Of a stretch of DNA of 64,000 nucleotides, positions 42,718-52,964 are shown in pieces (position 1 is the stretch's first letter; each line of letters opens with the position of its first letter). The position numbers and the translations under genes were made by a program. The stretch is taken from the IMG/VR virus record IMGVR_UViG_3300025288_001461. One strand, 5' to 3'. Below the pieces are notes generated by a model, which worked only from the letters and a program-made list of their open reading frames with translations, did not search any database and was not told the origin of the DNA. The DNA is from a virus. Lineage: Duplodnaviria; Heunggongvirae; Uroviricota; Caudoviricetes.

Positions 42718-42772
42718 TTGCAAGCCCCTCTGAAACCTTGTTGAAAAACAAGTCGCTTGGTAGGGGTTGTTA
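42718..42772. repeat. GC-rich palindromic element (REP/RPE-like), left copy
   Basis: TTGCAAGCCCCTCTGAAACCTTGTTGAAAAACAAGTCGCTTGGTAGGGGTTG. Internal CTTGTT…AACAAG palindrome; related copies at 43262-43292 (inverted) and 48549-48596. Confidence 0.45.
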
Positions 42773-42955
42773 AACCAAGCTGATAAACCTACAATTCCAA
42801 AGATAGCTTATGCTAGCTTTGGTTCTACTCAAAAGGATTAATCTCTTGAGCAAATAGAGGTTTAACTACCGTAGGTTGAATATAATCCATTATGTTTTTA
42901 TACCAATGATTTCTATTCTTTCCTAAAGCTGAAGAAACTTCATTCCATTTCAACT

Positions 42956-43225
42956 TTAGCTTGGTGCTGTTTTAAACTGAGATTTAGTTAATGCTTTAAT
43001 TTTATTATGTTCAGATTTAACTTTATTAATTAAAGAATCAACTTGATGACTAGTGAATAAATTAGTATTCATAAGATTATGCCAAATAACATTTTCTTCC
43101 AAATGAAGATTATTAAACATAACCCAAGTTTTACGATAAAATTCAGACCATAAGGAAACACAAGAATTAATGTCTAATTCTTGTGTTAAATCTAATTTCA
43201 ATCTAGTTTCTATCGTATTAATCAT
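42956..43225 (-). CDS. hypothetical small protein (89 aa) between the inverted repeat copies
   Basis: ORF only. Confidence 0.3.
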   Translation of the reverse strand: MINTIETRLKLDLTQELDINSCVSLWSEFYRKTWVMFNNLHLEENVIWHNLMNTNLFTSHQVDSLINKVKSEHNKIKALTKSQFKTAPS

Positions 43226-43242
43226 ATGATTTAGACTAACAA

Positions 43243-43716
43243 TTAATGAAAATTTGTCAAATTTTTCAACAAGATTTCAGAGGGGCTTGCATGTGAGATG
43301 GCTATTTTGTTTAAAAGTGAAAGGTTTTTCTTAAGAGATTCTGGAGTAAGGTTTTCTAAGTGAATTTGATAGTTTGGAGGATATTGATAATGTATAACAC
43401 CACGATTTAGTTGTAATGCTTTCGCTTGACTTAATTCCAATAACATATTGTTATAGTGTTTTTCATCATGAATATTGTTTACAACATATTTATTATAATG
43501 TAAGTGTATGCTCTTGTTTGGATTAGAAAGATATAGTGAATTGTTCAGCATTCTTTTTGTAAAATCAACGATATTGTTATCATATAGTGCAATTTCTAAA
43601 GATAAATTATCTTTTTGTGCTAATAAAAAAAGATTATTTAAAAGTTCATCATCATCTCTATCAAAAATTTTAAATCCAAGCATGGGGTTTCCAAAAGTTA
43701 TCAAATAATTATACAT
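43243..43716 (-). CDS. hypothetical protein (157 aa); C-terminal 15 aa encoded by the repeat element
   Basis: The last codons (…ASPSEILLKNLTNFH*) are read through the palindromic element at 43262-43292. Confidence 0.4.
   Translation of the reverse strand: MYNYLITFGNPMLGFKIFDRDDDELLNNLFLLAQKDNLSLEIALYDNNIVDFTKRMLNNSLYLSNPNKSIHLHYNKYVVNNIHDEKHYNNMLLELSQAKALQLNRGVIHYQYPPNYQIHLENLTPESLKKNLSLLNKIAISHASPSEILLKNLTNFH
43262..43292. repeat. GC-rich palindromic element, right copy (inverted, partial)
   Basis: Reverse complement TGCAAGCCCCTCTGAAATCTTGTTGAAAAA matches 42718-42747 at 29/30. Confidence 0.45.
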
Positions 43717-43791
43717 TAGGAGAAATAGTTGTCAATTAAAAAAAGGTTAAGATTTTAACCTTAACCTTTTTATTGATTTTTAAACCGTAAA

Positions 43792-44928
43792 TTATGAAAT
43801 GTGAGAAATTAAGCAATCTATACTGGAAAAAGTTTTCTTGGTCATGGTTTTTCTATCAAGTAACTCAAAATTGTTATTCTCAATAGCTTGTCGGCTAATT
43901 ACAATTCTTGATGTTGCACCAATTAATTCAGCATCACTCATTTTCTTACCGGCACTACCTTTTCTATCATCTAATAAAATATTCTTACCTTGTTTTTTAA
44001 GTTTATTGTAAAGTTGATGGGAAATAGTTTTAACTTGTTCGTTTTTTTCTATATCAATAGCTGTAATAACATAGTCAAATGTATTAAATTCTAAAGTTCC
44101 AAAGAAACCTAGATTATCTCTATGTTTTTCTAATAAAGCCATTAATAAGCGAGAAATACCAATGCCAAAACAAGCCATTTGAACATAATTATTTTTATCA
44201 TCAAGTAATTCAAAAATTTTACTATATGTATCACCAAGTTGGAAAATATGACCTAATTCTAACATGCCATCATAACTATCTGATAAGTCTGATTTAACTA
44301 AAAATTCTTCAGAAAAATTACCACCCATTTGAGCATTGTCAGTTTCTTTTACGATAACATCCAATCCAAAATGTTGGAAAATTTCTAAATATGTAATTTT
44401 AATTTTTTCATAAATAAGTTTAAGCTCTTCATTTGTAGAGCAAAAAGAATATCCATCTTTCATAATAAATTCTTTTCCTCTTGAGAGTCCAGCTCTTGCT
44501 CTCATTTCATCTCTATATTTATTACCTATTTGAAAAACATTGCAGTTAGCTTTTTGTCTTTGATAGTAGTCAAAATAAATAGATGTAATAGCTTCTTCAG
44601 CAGTTGCACTTAAACAAAAGGTTTGATTTTTTCTATTTTTTAATTTGAAAAGTTCTTCTCCATATGAGTCGATTCTTTTACTTTTTTCCCATAATTTACC
44701 ATCTTGAAGAAGACTTAATCTAATTTGAGAAAATCCAATATCTTGCATTTTGTTTTCAATATACTGAATTAACTTTTTCTCTAAAATTAAGCCTAAGCTT
44801 AATGAAGAATAAATGCCAGCACTATCCTGATGAACCATGCAAGATTTTTGCATAAGGTCAATTAATTCCAATTTGGTATTGTCTCGCTCAAAATGGTTGT
44901 TGTAAAAAAATAAGTTTGTAAATAACAT
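43792..44928 (-). CDS. proS: prolyl-tRNA synthetase, compact form without editing (INS) domain
   Basis: Class II motif 2 YRDEMRARAGLSRGKEFIMKDGYSF, motif 3 region LELGHIFQLGDTYS, anticodon-binding ILLDDRKGSAGKKMSDAELIG. Only 378 aa. Confidence 0.85.
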   Translation of the reverse strand: MLFTNLFFYNNHFERDNTKLELIDLMQKSCMVHQDSAGIYSSLSLGLILEKKLIQYIENKMQDIGFSQIRLSLLQDGKLWEKSKRIDSYGEELFKLKNRKNQTFCLSATAEEAITSIYFDYYQRQKANCNVFQIGNKYRDEMRARAGLSRGKEFIMKDGYSFCSTNEELKLIYEKIKITYLEIFQHFGLDVIVKETDNAQMGGNFSEEFLVKSDLSDSYDGMLELGHIFQLGDTYSKIFELLDDKNNYVQMACFGIGISRLLMALLEKHRDNLGFFGTLEFNTFDYVITAIDIEKNEQVKTISHQLYNKLKKQGKNILLDDRKGSAGKKMSDAELIGATSRIVISRQAIENNNFELLDRKTMTKKTFSSIDCLISHIS

Positions 44929-45246
44929 GTTATATCCCCAATAAATAAAACCCCAATCCTTGTTTTTGCTTGTATTAAACAGCTTAAGGTGGGGTTTTGT
45001 GTCAGAGACTTATTTGAACACGAAAAGAGGAATTTAAATTTTAAAAACAAAAAACCTTGGCACTCCCCACCATTGTAGGTGGGCTTGCAGGTAGGTTAAA
45101 GTAGATAAATGTCGTTTTCATAAGAAGATAAATAAATAATTACTCATTATATATGATCTGATTTTATATTGTCAAGGAAGTAATTTAAATAAAATAAAAC
45201 CTCGTATATTAATACGAGGTTTTATTTATCTTATATTTAAGGTTTT

Positions 45247-47475
45247 TTAATACCAATAAATATTATAAGTTGTTCCGATAAATATTTGAGAAGTAGAATT
45301 AATATGTCCTGGGTCTTTCATGTAAACACCATAAAAACCAAGTTGTTGAGTTTTTGAAAGCTTTTCATGGTAAGACATTTCAACATTAACTTGTCGTCCT
45401 GATGGAGCTAATGAAACAACTACATTGTCTCTGATAACTTCACCATCAAGTGTGCGCCCAATAGGTAAATTCATAGTGGCTTCAGAGCGGTCAACTCTAA
45501 GTGGTTGTGATACACTAAAGTTAAATTCTTTAGCTGAGTTATCGCTAGTCCAATTTAGACCTGTGAGGAATTGAGATGTTCTTGTATTTTCAAGTTTGGA
45601 AATTAGACCACTACCTGAAGTATTCATAGTTCCAATCTTCATCATGCCTAAACCTTTCCATCCATGACCGATTTGTTTTTCAAATTGAAAGTTGATACTT
45701 TGTGATGCTGATTTGTCTAATGAAAAAGCACCTTGACCTTGTGAACCTAACATGTTCTTGCTTTCAGTAGTAACTTCATATCCAATGCGAGTAACTAAAC
45801 TATTTGCTAAATTAAAATTTAATCCAACTTCTTGTTTAACAGCACCATTTGAATTAATTTGATCTGAATTTGGTGATGCATTTGCAAATTTAGAATAAAT
45901 TCCAAAATTTTTATTAGCACTCCAACCAAAACTAAATTCATTTTTGTTGTTATAATTATTTAAAATCCCATCATCATTATAAGATAATGTTTTGCCAAAA
46001 TTTGAAGGGTTAGTTAAGTTGTTTTTGTTTTGTTCAAATCCAAAATTAAAATTACCAGCATTAAATGATAATTGTGAAAAAATAATTTCATTATTACTAT
46101 TAAATCCAAATTTCAAATCAGAAAAATCATTTTTATATGTGTTGGATGTTTGATTGATTTTATTATTAAAATAAGCATTTACACTTATTGGTGTTTTTGT
46201 GCTAATAAGGCTAGCTGTATTAGTTGGATAGTCCCGTCCAAATTTATCAAAAACAACAAAATCCATAGCTAATGATTTTCCTGAATCACCAAATGCAGAT
46301 GGTAAACTAATATTTGTATTTGCTAATGCAAAAGATTTACCTACAACAGTATTAGAAACACTTACTGTTGTAACACCATTAGGTAAAAGAGCTTTAGCAA
46401 GGTCAAGTTTACCTTGTCCAAAAGTGTATAATCCACAATTAATATTTTGAGTAACTCCACAATTATTAATACCATAAAGAGAAGAGAAGGTATTATCCGC
46501 AGTATCTAATAGAATTGATGTGCTAATTTGTGGAGTTAAGTGAGGCCATTTTGCAATAAGAGTTGTTAGAGCAGCAGTAACAACAGGAGTTGCAGAAGAT
46601 GTTCCATTAAACTCAATTCTGTTGGTAGTTGTAGTTGCATCAATTGGTGTTACCGAAATTGGGGTTTGTGTAACAAGAAACCGACTTTGAACATTTGCAT
46701 TTTCACCAGGGATATAAGAATACCAAGCATGTTTATTGTCTTTATCAATAGCACCAACCATTAAGACAATATCACGAATGTGTTCTTTACCTGGTTGAAA
46801 AATAGTTTGAAAAAGATTAACATCGTCAGTAATAGAACCGGTGGAATTAGCATAAAGACTAGTTGTATTTCCAGCAGCAAGAATAATTGCCGCATTATGT
46901 ATATAAGCATTATCAAACATACGATTTGATTCAGCATTAAGATTGTATAATGGGGCAATACTATAATTAATAATTCTAGCTCCATTATTTAATGCCCAGG
47001 CAGTTCCTTCTTCAAGAGTTGATGATGTGATTGCACCATTTTTATCTTCAACTTTGCCAAGTAAAAGATCTGCATTTCTAGTATATCCTGTATTTGTTCC
47101 TGCAATGACTTGAGCAACAAAAGTTCCATGTGGATTATTATTGTCATCAATTGTAGAACTAGCATCAACACCACCCAAAATCACTGAAGAAACAATTTTA
47201 TCCTTATATTCAAAGTGATTAATATTAAATCCACTATCTAAAATTGCTACAGTAACTCTAGATGTTTCTGATGGAAGCAAATTAGAAGGAATTAAAGTAA
47301 TTGGAGAGGCTGGAATTACTGGAAGTTGAGGTGTGGTCGGAAGACCTGGATCAATAGGAGTAACTGGAGCACTTCCACCACCACCGCCGCCACATGCACT
47401 TAAAATTGTAGCAATTGAACAAATTGTAAAAATATAACTTAATTTGTTTTTAGTTATCATGAGTATAATCTCCAA
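45247..47475 (-). CDS. subtilisin-like (S8) serine protease, lipoprotein signal, C-terminal beta-barrel (autotransporter-like) region
   Basis: Lipobox LSACGGGGGG, Gly/Pro-rich linker, catalytic triad motifs VAILDSG, NPHGTFVA, GTSSATP. The last ~300 aa are Asn/Ser/Gly/aromatic-rich and end in …IYWY. Confidence 0.8.
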   Translation of the reverse strand: MEIILMITKNKLSYIFTICSIATILSACGGGGGGSAPVTPIDPGLPTTPQLPVIPASPITLIPSNLLPSETSRVTVAILDSGFNINHFEYKDKIVSSVILGGVDASSTIDDNNNPHGTFVAQVIAGTNTGYTRNADLLLGKVEDKNGAITSSTLEEGTAWALNNGARIINYSIAPLYNLNAESNRMFDNAYIHNAAIILAAGNTTSLYANSTGSITDDVNLFQTIFQPGKEHIRDIVLMVGAIDKDNKHAWYSYIPGENANVQSRFLVTQTPISVTPIDATTTTNRIEFNGTSSATPVVTAALTTLIAKWPHLTPQISTSILLDTADNTFSSLYGINNCGVTQNINCGLYTFGQGKLDLAKALLPNGVTTVSVSNTVVGKSFALANTNISLPSAFGDSGKSLAMDFVVFDKFGRDYPTNTASLISTKTPISVNAYFNNKINQTSNTYKNDFSDLKFGFNSNNEIIFSQLSFNAGNFNFGFEQNKNNLTNPSNFGKTLSYNDDGILNNYNNKNEFSFGWSANKNFGIYSKFANASPNSDQINSNGAVKQEVGLNFNLANSLVTRIGYEVTTESKNMLGSQGQGAFSLDKSASQSINFQFEKQIGHGWKGLGMMKIGTMNTSGSGLISKLENTRTSQFLTGLNWTSDNSAKEFNFSVSQPLRVDRSEATMNLPIGRTLDGEVIRDNVVVSLAPSGRQVNVEMSYHEKLSKTQQLGFYGVYMKDPGHINSTSQIFIGTTYNIYWY

Positions 47476-47692
47476 GTTAATAAATAGAATACCATTTTAT
47501 TATAAGTACAACTAGTAATCAATATAAATAAGATAAATATTTAAACTGTGTTGTTTTTTCACATTTATGTTTTTAATTCATATGTTGGTTATATTTGACA
47601 AAAATTAAAATCTAGAATATAGACTTTAATAGTAGTTTCTAGATTTAGGTTAGAAGCAACAATAATAATAATAAAACATATATCGGGGCATT

Positions 47693-48535
47693 ATGGCAGC
47701 AATATTTCATAATGGAATAAAAGAAATAAATCAATCAGAAAAACCAATAGCGACAGCTTGGAGGTTATCTTATAAGCATTTAGGATTAGAACCAAAAGTA
47801 AAAAAACTAATGGAAATATTATCTGATCATGAAAATTTATTTATAAATTATAATCCATACCACAATCATTATCATTTAGCAGAAGTTATTTGGGGGTGTG
47901 CTTTTCTTATAAAAAGAGAAGGCATTACAGAAAAGTATTCTGACACAATGATTATTCTTTTATTGGCGGCCACATTTCATAATGCTGACCATCAAGGTAG
48001 AACAAATAAATACTCGTTTGAAAACGAAGAGAGAGCCTCTATATTTTTTAAAAGTTGGTGGAAAAATAATTCATTATTTGTAGAGAATATAGTATCTGTA
48101 ACACCTGTATATACTGAACAAGCTATAACAGAGTTGATATTATTTACAGACCTTACAAGTGGGAATCCAAAAGTTTTAATTGATTATGAGAAAAGGCGTG
48201 ATGCTGAGACATTCGGTCTAAAATTATGTCGTTTAAAAAAGATATTAAATGAAGCTAATTTTTTAATTCATTGTCTACCTCACTATGGATTTAATAAAAC
48301 TGAATTAATATTAAAAGAATCTTCAAAAAATCTTCCAAGTGAAAAAATTTGGTTATTGTTATTAGATTTTTTACAAACAGTTTCAATTAAAATCTTTACA
48401 TCAGATGCATCTAAAGATTTAAAGTTAGATGTTTTAATGAAAAAATTCAGTAATCATCTTATGTTAAATAAGGTAAACATGAAAGATGGGGATTCATTTC
48501 AAGATGAAATCAATATAAAATTCAAGCAATTTTAA
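47693..48535 (+). CDS. class I 3',5'-cyclic-nucleotide phosphodiesterase-like (HD-superfamily) protein, eukaryote-like
   Basis: YNPYHNHYHLAEVIWG matches the PDEase_I YHNxxHAADV signature. LLLAATFHNADHQGRTN matches the second metal-binding block (AAxxHDxDHPG) but with Asn in place of the HD aspartate. Confidence 0.55.
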   Translation: MAAIFHNGIKEINQSEKPIATAWRLSYKHLGLEPKVKKLMEILSDHENLFINYNPYHNHYHLAEVIWGCAFLIKREGITEKYSDTMIILLLAATFHNADHQGRTNKYSFENEERASIFFKSWWKNNSLFVENIVSVTPVYTEQAITELILFTDLTSGNPKVLIDYEKRRDAETFGLKLCRLKKILNEANFLIHCLPHYGFNKTELILKESSKNLPSEKIWLLLLDFLQTVSIKIFTSDASKDLKLDVLMKKFSNHLMLNKVNMKDGDSFQDEINIKFKQF

Positions 48536-48548
48536 TCTTGTATAAATA

Positions 48549-48596
48549 AAACCCCCTACCAAGAGACTTGTTTACAACAAGTTTTAATAGGGGGTT
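48549..48596. repeat. GC-rich palindromic element (REP/RPE-like) between convergent genes
   Basis: AAACCCCCTACCAAGAGACTTGTTTACAACAAGTTTTAATAGGGGG is an imperfect ~22-bp-arm hairpin. Its core matches the RC of 42740-42772. Confidence 0.45.
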
Positions 48597-48627
48597 GTCA
48601 TAATGAAGGTTTTATTTTAGTCAACAA

Positions 48628-49071
48628 TTATTTTGATTTAAAGATTCTATCATGCTCACGTTCCCAATCCCTATCTTTAATGGTATGCCTTTTGTCATGT
48701 TCATTTTTGCCTTTTGCTAAAGCAATTTCAACTTTAACTTTATTCCGTTTTGCATAAATTTTTGTAACAACAATCGTGTACCCCTTTTGTTCAACTTTCC
48801 CCATAAGCTGCATAATTTGTTTTTTATGAAGAAGTAATTTCCTTGTCCTTGTTGGTTCGGCTTTATCAAAGGCACTAACAGTTAGTTCTGGATTAACTTG
48901 AGCATTAATTAAAAATACTTCACCATTACGAATAACAACATGACTTGCATCAATATTTACCTTTCGTGCCAAAATAGGCTTAAGCTCCCAACCATGAAGA
49001 ACAACACCAGCTTCAAAGGTGTCTTCAATGTGATAATTAAACCAGGCTTTTTTATTAACAATTGCTTCCAT
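48628..49071 (-). CDS. smpB: SsrA-binding protein SmpB
   Basis: 147 aa; N-terminal KKAWFNYHIEDTFEAGVVLHGWELK and C-terminal RKLLLHKKQI … GKNEHDKRHTIKDRDWER are typical of SmpB. Confidence 0.9.
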   Translation of the reverse strand: MEAIVNKKAWFNYHIEDTFEAGVVLHGWELKPILARKVNIDASHVVIRNGEVFLINAQVNPELTVSAFDKAEPTRTRKLLLHKKQIMQLMGKVEQKGYTIVVTKIYAKRNKVKVEIALAKGKNEHDKRHTIKDRDWEREHDRIFKSK

Positions 49072-49154
49072 AATATACTCTATAATTTTATAAAGGATTA
49101 TTATATCATAATATTAAAAACAAGAAAATTATTTAATAGTATTTATATACTTAT

Positions 49155-50522
49155 TTATCCTAAAAATTTCAAATATTTAGTTAAATCATTAGTTATTGCA
49201 AGAGTAAAAATTCCTGTCATAGCTGCAATACCAACATATTGTAAATTTTGAATTTGTTTAAAAGAGAAGTCTTTACCACGAATACCTTCAATAGTATATT
49301 GAGCAAGATGTCCACCATCAAGAACTGGGATTGGTAATAGGTTAAAAACACCAACCGCAATTGAAATTGCAGCCATCATCATAAGATATGTAAATAATCC
49401 TCTTTGTGCAGATTTTCCAGAATAGTCTGCAATAGATAGAGGTCCAGAAATAGCTTTAGTTGAAATTTCACCAGTTAATATTTTTTTAAGAGAAACTAAT
49501 GTTGTCCATATTGATGTTGTTGTTCTATTAAAGGATTCTGAAGCACCATTAATAATACTATAGTGTTTGGTTGGATATTTATCTAAATTAGGAGTTTCAA
49601 ATTCAACACCAATTTTACCAACTTTAGTTCCTGAATTATATTGTGAATCTAAAGTTATTGTTTTAACAAAAGTAACACCATTTCTTAAATAAGAAACATC
49701 AACAGCTTGACCAGGATGTTTACGAACCTCACGTAACATTTTATTTAAGTCTTGCGTTTTTAATTCATTAATAGATGTAATTGTGTCACCAACTAATAGT
49801 CCTGATTTTTCTGCTGCTCCATCTTGTAAAATGTTTTTAATTTTAATTTCACCAAGAGCACCTTGAAAATAAAGACCAGTTAGAGTTCCTAAGTCATCGC
49901 CTAATTCTTTAAGATTTAAGTTGTTAAACTCAACAAGATAAGATGATTTGTTAGTTTTAATATTGATATTTTCATTGCTTATAGCAGCATTTGCAATAAT
50001 ATTATGTGCATCACCGACGAAATTAACTTCTTTATCATTAATTGATAAAATTTGTTCACCAACCATAATTCCACTTTTAGCCATTACTGTATTAGGTAAA
50101 ATTTCTCCAACTACAGGAGGTATTCCTTTATTACCAACAAAAATAAAAGCAAAAGCGAAAATAATAAAAGCCAAAACAAAATTAGAAAGTGGTCCTCCAG
50201 CTACCATTGCAGCTTTTTTCCATCTTGGTGAGTTAACAAAAGCCCTTTGTTTATCTTTTTCAGAAAGAGATTCCCAGATTTCAGTGGAAACAGTGCTTTT
50301 ATCTAAGGGTTTAACAAAACCACCAATAGGTAGTAACCTTAGTGTGAAAAGGATTTTATCTTTACCTATTTCTTTTTGATAAATTTGTGGTCCGAATCCA
50401 AGAGAAAATTCAATGATTTTCATTTTGCATGCAATTGCAGTAAAAAAGTGTCCACCTTCATGAACTGTAACGACAATACCTACTAAAAGTAGAAATGCAA
50501 GTATGTTAAATAAAATATCCAT
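49155..50522 (-). CDS. rseP: RseP-type site-2 zinc metalloprotease (M50) with PDZ domain
   Basis: HEGGHFF in the first TM, central PDZ-like region, four TM helices. Lies next to smpB. Confidence 0.85.
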   Translation of the reverse strand: MDILFNILAFLLLVGIVVTVHEGGHFFTAIACKMKIIEFSLGFGPQIYQKEIGKDKILFTLRLLPIGGFVKPLDKSTVSTEIWESLSEKDKQRAFVNSPRWKKAAMVAGGPLSNFVLAFIIFAFAFIFVGNKGIPPVVGEILPNTVMAKSGIMVGEQILSINDKEVNFVGDAHNIIANAAISNENINIKTNKSSYLVEFNNLNLKELGDDLGTLTGLYFQGALGEIKIKNILQDGAAEKSGLLVGDTITSINELKTQDLNKMLREVRKHPGQAVDVSYLRNGVTFVKTITLDSQYNSGTKVGKIGVEFETPNLDKYPTKHYSIINGASESFNRTTTSIWTTLVSLKKILTGEISTKAISGPLSIADYSGKSAQRGLFTYLMMMAAISIAVGVFNLLPIPVLDGGHLAQYTIEGIRGKDFSFKQIQNLQYVGIAAMTGIFTLAITNDLTKYLKFLG

Positions 50523-50581
50523 TGGTTAATTCCTATATTTGTGTTTTTTGACTATAACAAAAAAAACAAAAAAAGAAAAGC

Positions 50582-51430
50582 CTAAATTAAGATTCCATTA
50601 AAATTAAAAAGTGCATGAGGTTGATAATGTGTATTTTCACCAACATAACCACGAGGATTAGATAAGATTTTAGTTTTATTAATAGTATAGTTTTGATATT
50701 CATGGGCATGTCCATGCACCCAAGCAGAAATGTTTTCATTAAAGAGGTTTTCTAAATTAGTAGCATACATTCCATTTTCATGGAACCGTTCTTCATTTTG
50801 ATAAATAGAAGGGACAGATTTAAATGTTGGTAAATGATGTGTCAAAACCCATAAAAATTGAGAGTCATAATCTTTTGTTGAATTATTTTCAATATATGTT
50901 TTTGTTTTTATATGTTCTCCAATAATATGTGTAGATCTTAATTTAGAAAATGCATTACCATTCTTTATATAACGAAAATCATTCATATTCTGTTCTGCTA
51001 ATTGCATACTTATTGGATTGCCATTATTGTAATCAGTCCAAAGAGTGCCACCAATAAATTTAATATTATCAATAATTATAGTATCATTTTGAAGTAAATG
51101 AACATTTTTAAGGTTTTGGTTATTAATTTGAGTTTGGTAATTTAAATATTCTTTTTGAATATTCCCATTCCAAAAGTCATGATTTCCAAGGATAACGATA
51201 ATACTATGAAATTTTTCAGATATCTTTTTAAACCATGAGAAATTCATGAAGTTAAATGGTTTTTTTGCATGCCAAATGTCACCCGCTAAAATAAGGATGG
51301 TTTCTTTATCTGTATCCATAGCAGGAGGAACCCAAATGGAAGTTTCAGGCTTAAATTTATTAGTTTTATTTGGAATATCAAAATCTAGATGGATGTCACT
51401 AAAAATTCTAATATATTTGGCTTTAATCAT
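50582..51430 (-). CDS. calcineurin-like metallophosphoesterase
   Basis: Motifs SDIHLD, GDIWH, LGNHDFW, THHLP, GHAHE. Confidence 0.7.
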   Translation of the reverse strand: MIKAKYIRIFSDIHLDFDIPNKTNKFKPETSIWVPPAMDTDKETILILAGDIWHAKKPFNFMNFSWFKKISEKFHSIIVILGNHDFWNGNIQKEYLNYQTQINNQNLKNVHLLQNDTIIIDNIKFIGGTLWTDYNNGNPISMQLAEQNMNDFRYIKNGNAFSKLRSTHIIGEHIKTKTYIENNSTKDYDSQFLWVLTHHLPTFKSVPSIYQNEERFHENGMYATNLENLFNENISAWVHGHAHEYQNYTINKTKILSNPRGYVGENTHYQPHALFNFNGILI

Positions 51431-51558
51431 GAGCTTATCCTTTTTTATTTTGATATTATAACATTAAATTTATTCTTTGGTAAATTATTCATTGATTTTT
51501 TTTAAAATTTAGACTATGAAGTATCAATGAAAAAATATTTTATATAAATTGGATAAAA

Positions 51559-52050
51559 ATGAAGAGGATAAATTACACATTAGAACAAGAATTATTAGTT
51601 AAAGACATAGTAGAATCATTTGATATTTTTACTAAAGTTGGAGAACCAAGAAATTTAAATTTTATATGGCAAAATTTATTCCATGCTAAAGAAAAAAAAT
51701 GGTTTACTAATGATTATTATGAATATTGGCTAGTAAGGTGTATAAGTGCTACATTTAATCAAACATCTTTTATATTGTGTCAGCAAGCAATAACAAAAAA
51801 AATATGTGGATTTAGTGAAGAGTCTTTAGCAGTTTTTTTAATTCCAAGAATAGATTTTTTAATATCAGTTAATGATTTTGAACGTGCTATTAGTTGGTTG
51901 AGTTATTCTTTGGAAGGTGGTAATTTTTTTGAAATTTCATGGATTAAAAATTTATTAAAACAATTAAATATTGAGAATTCAAGTTCATTAATTGAATTAA
52001 ATAGTAAAAATTATGCAATTTATCTTAATAAAAGTATAAAAAAAATATGA
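51559..52050 (+). CDS. hypothetical protein (163 aa)
   Basis: Intact ORF. Confidence 0.45.
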   Translation: MKRINYTLEQELLVKDIVESFDIFTKVGEPRNLNFIWQNLFHAKEKKWFTNDYYEYWLVRCISATFNQTSFILCQQAITKKICGFSEESLAVFLIPRIDFLISVNDFERAISWLSYSLEGGNFFEISWIKNLLKQLNIENSSSLIELNSKNYAIYLNKSIKKI

Positions 52051-52242
52051 TAAGAAAATATAGTTCAGATATAAAAAAGCCGCCGGTATTATTGCCTTTG
52101 AGGTTGTAAGATATGGTAGTTCAAATGGTTGGAGTTCATTAGATAATGATTTATTTAATGTGTTAAAAAATTACTTAAAAAATTTCAATATTTATTATAT
52201 TGACGATTTTTCAGGAACATGGGGATTTAAAAGAGATAAGTT

Positions 52243-52578
52243 ATGAAGAAAGTGCAATCTGAAAAAGTAATTGAAAATATATTGGCCTGTTTCCTTTATG
52301 ATTTAGAGGGGAATTGTTATTGGTGTATTTATCATTCAGATGATGGTGGGGAAAAATTAATTTTTACAAAGAATATATCTGAAATTCTAAAAACTGAAGA
52401 TTTTATAGGGTTTACTAAAGAAGAAATAATAAACCATTTAAATAAGTATGGGTTTGAAATTGAATCAGAAGAAGATTATGGAGATGTTATTTTTTATAAT
52501 TATTTACCTGATTCATTTACACTTAAACTTAAAAGGATTGAATTAATAACGACGACAATAATGGAAATAAAAGATTAA
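52243..52578 (+). CDS. hypothetical protein (111 aa)
   Basis: Intact ORF. Confidence 0.4.
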   Translation: MKKVQSEKVIENILACFLYDLEGNCYWCIYHSDDGGEKLIFTKNISEILKTEDFIGFTKEEIINHLNKYGFEIESEEDYGDVIFYNYLPDSFTLKLKRIELITTTIMEIKD

Positions 52579-52964
52579 TTAAGATTTAAAATGTATAACA
52601 GTTTTTGATTATCTGTAAAAAAGTAAAATACTAAATCTTTATTTTTAATTCTAATCATTATTTGTTCTCTCAAGTTATCTATAATAATATGAGTGTTATT
52701 AATAGTTAAATGTAAATTATTGTTAACCATGTGAATGTTTTGTATATCTAAATTTAAATAGTAAAGGTTATCAATATCTAGTTGTGATAAATTAACTAAT
52801 TTTATTAAATCTTCAATACAGAAATACATATGTATCGCATATTTATTAACTTCTTTTGAATATTTAACATAAGATGACGGTTTAATTGTAGGATAAATAG
52901 CTAACTTATCATTTATGGTTAAGTTAGCAGGTTGATAATTTTCATATGCACATAATGATGTCAT
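52575..52964 (-). CDS. hypothetical protein (129 aa)
   Basis: Intact ORF. Confidence 0.4.
   Translation of the reverse strand: MTSLCAYENYQPANLTINDKLAIYPTIKPSSYVKYSKEVNKYAIHMYFCIEDLIKLVNLSQLDIDNLYYLNLDIQNIHMVNNNLHLTINNTHIIIDNLREQIMIRIKNKDLVFYFFTDNQKLLYILNLN

Noticed and set aside
46761-47174. Two short minus ORFs inside the S8 protease gene in other frames
   Set aside because: Overlap a well-supported long ORF; Leu/Ile-rich junk translation.
49948-50379. 143-aa plus ORF
   Set aside because: Antisense within rseP.
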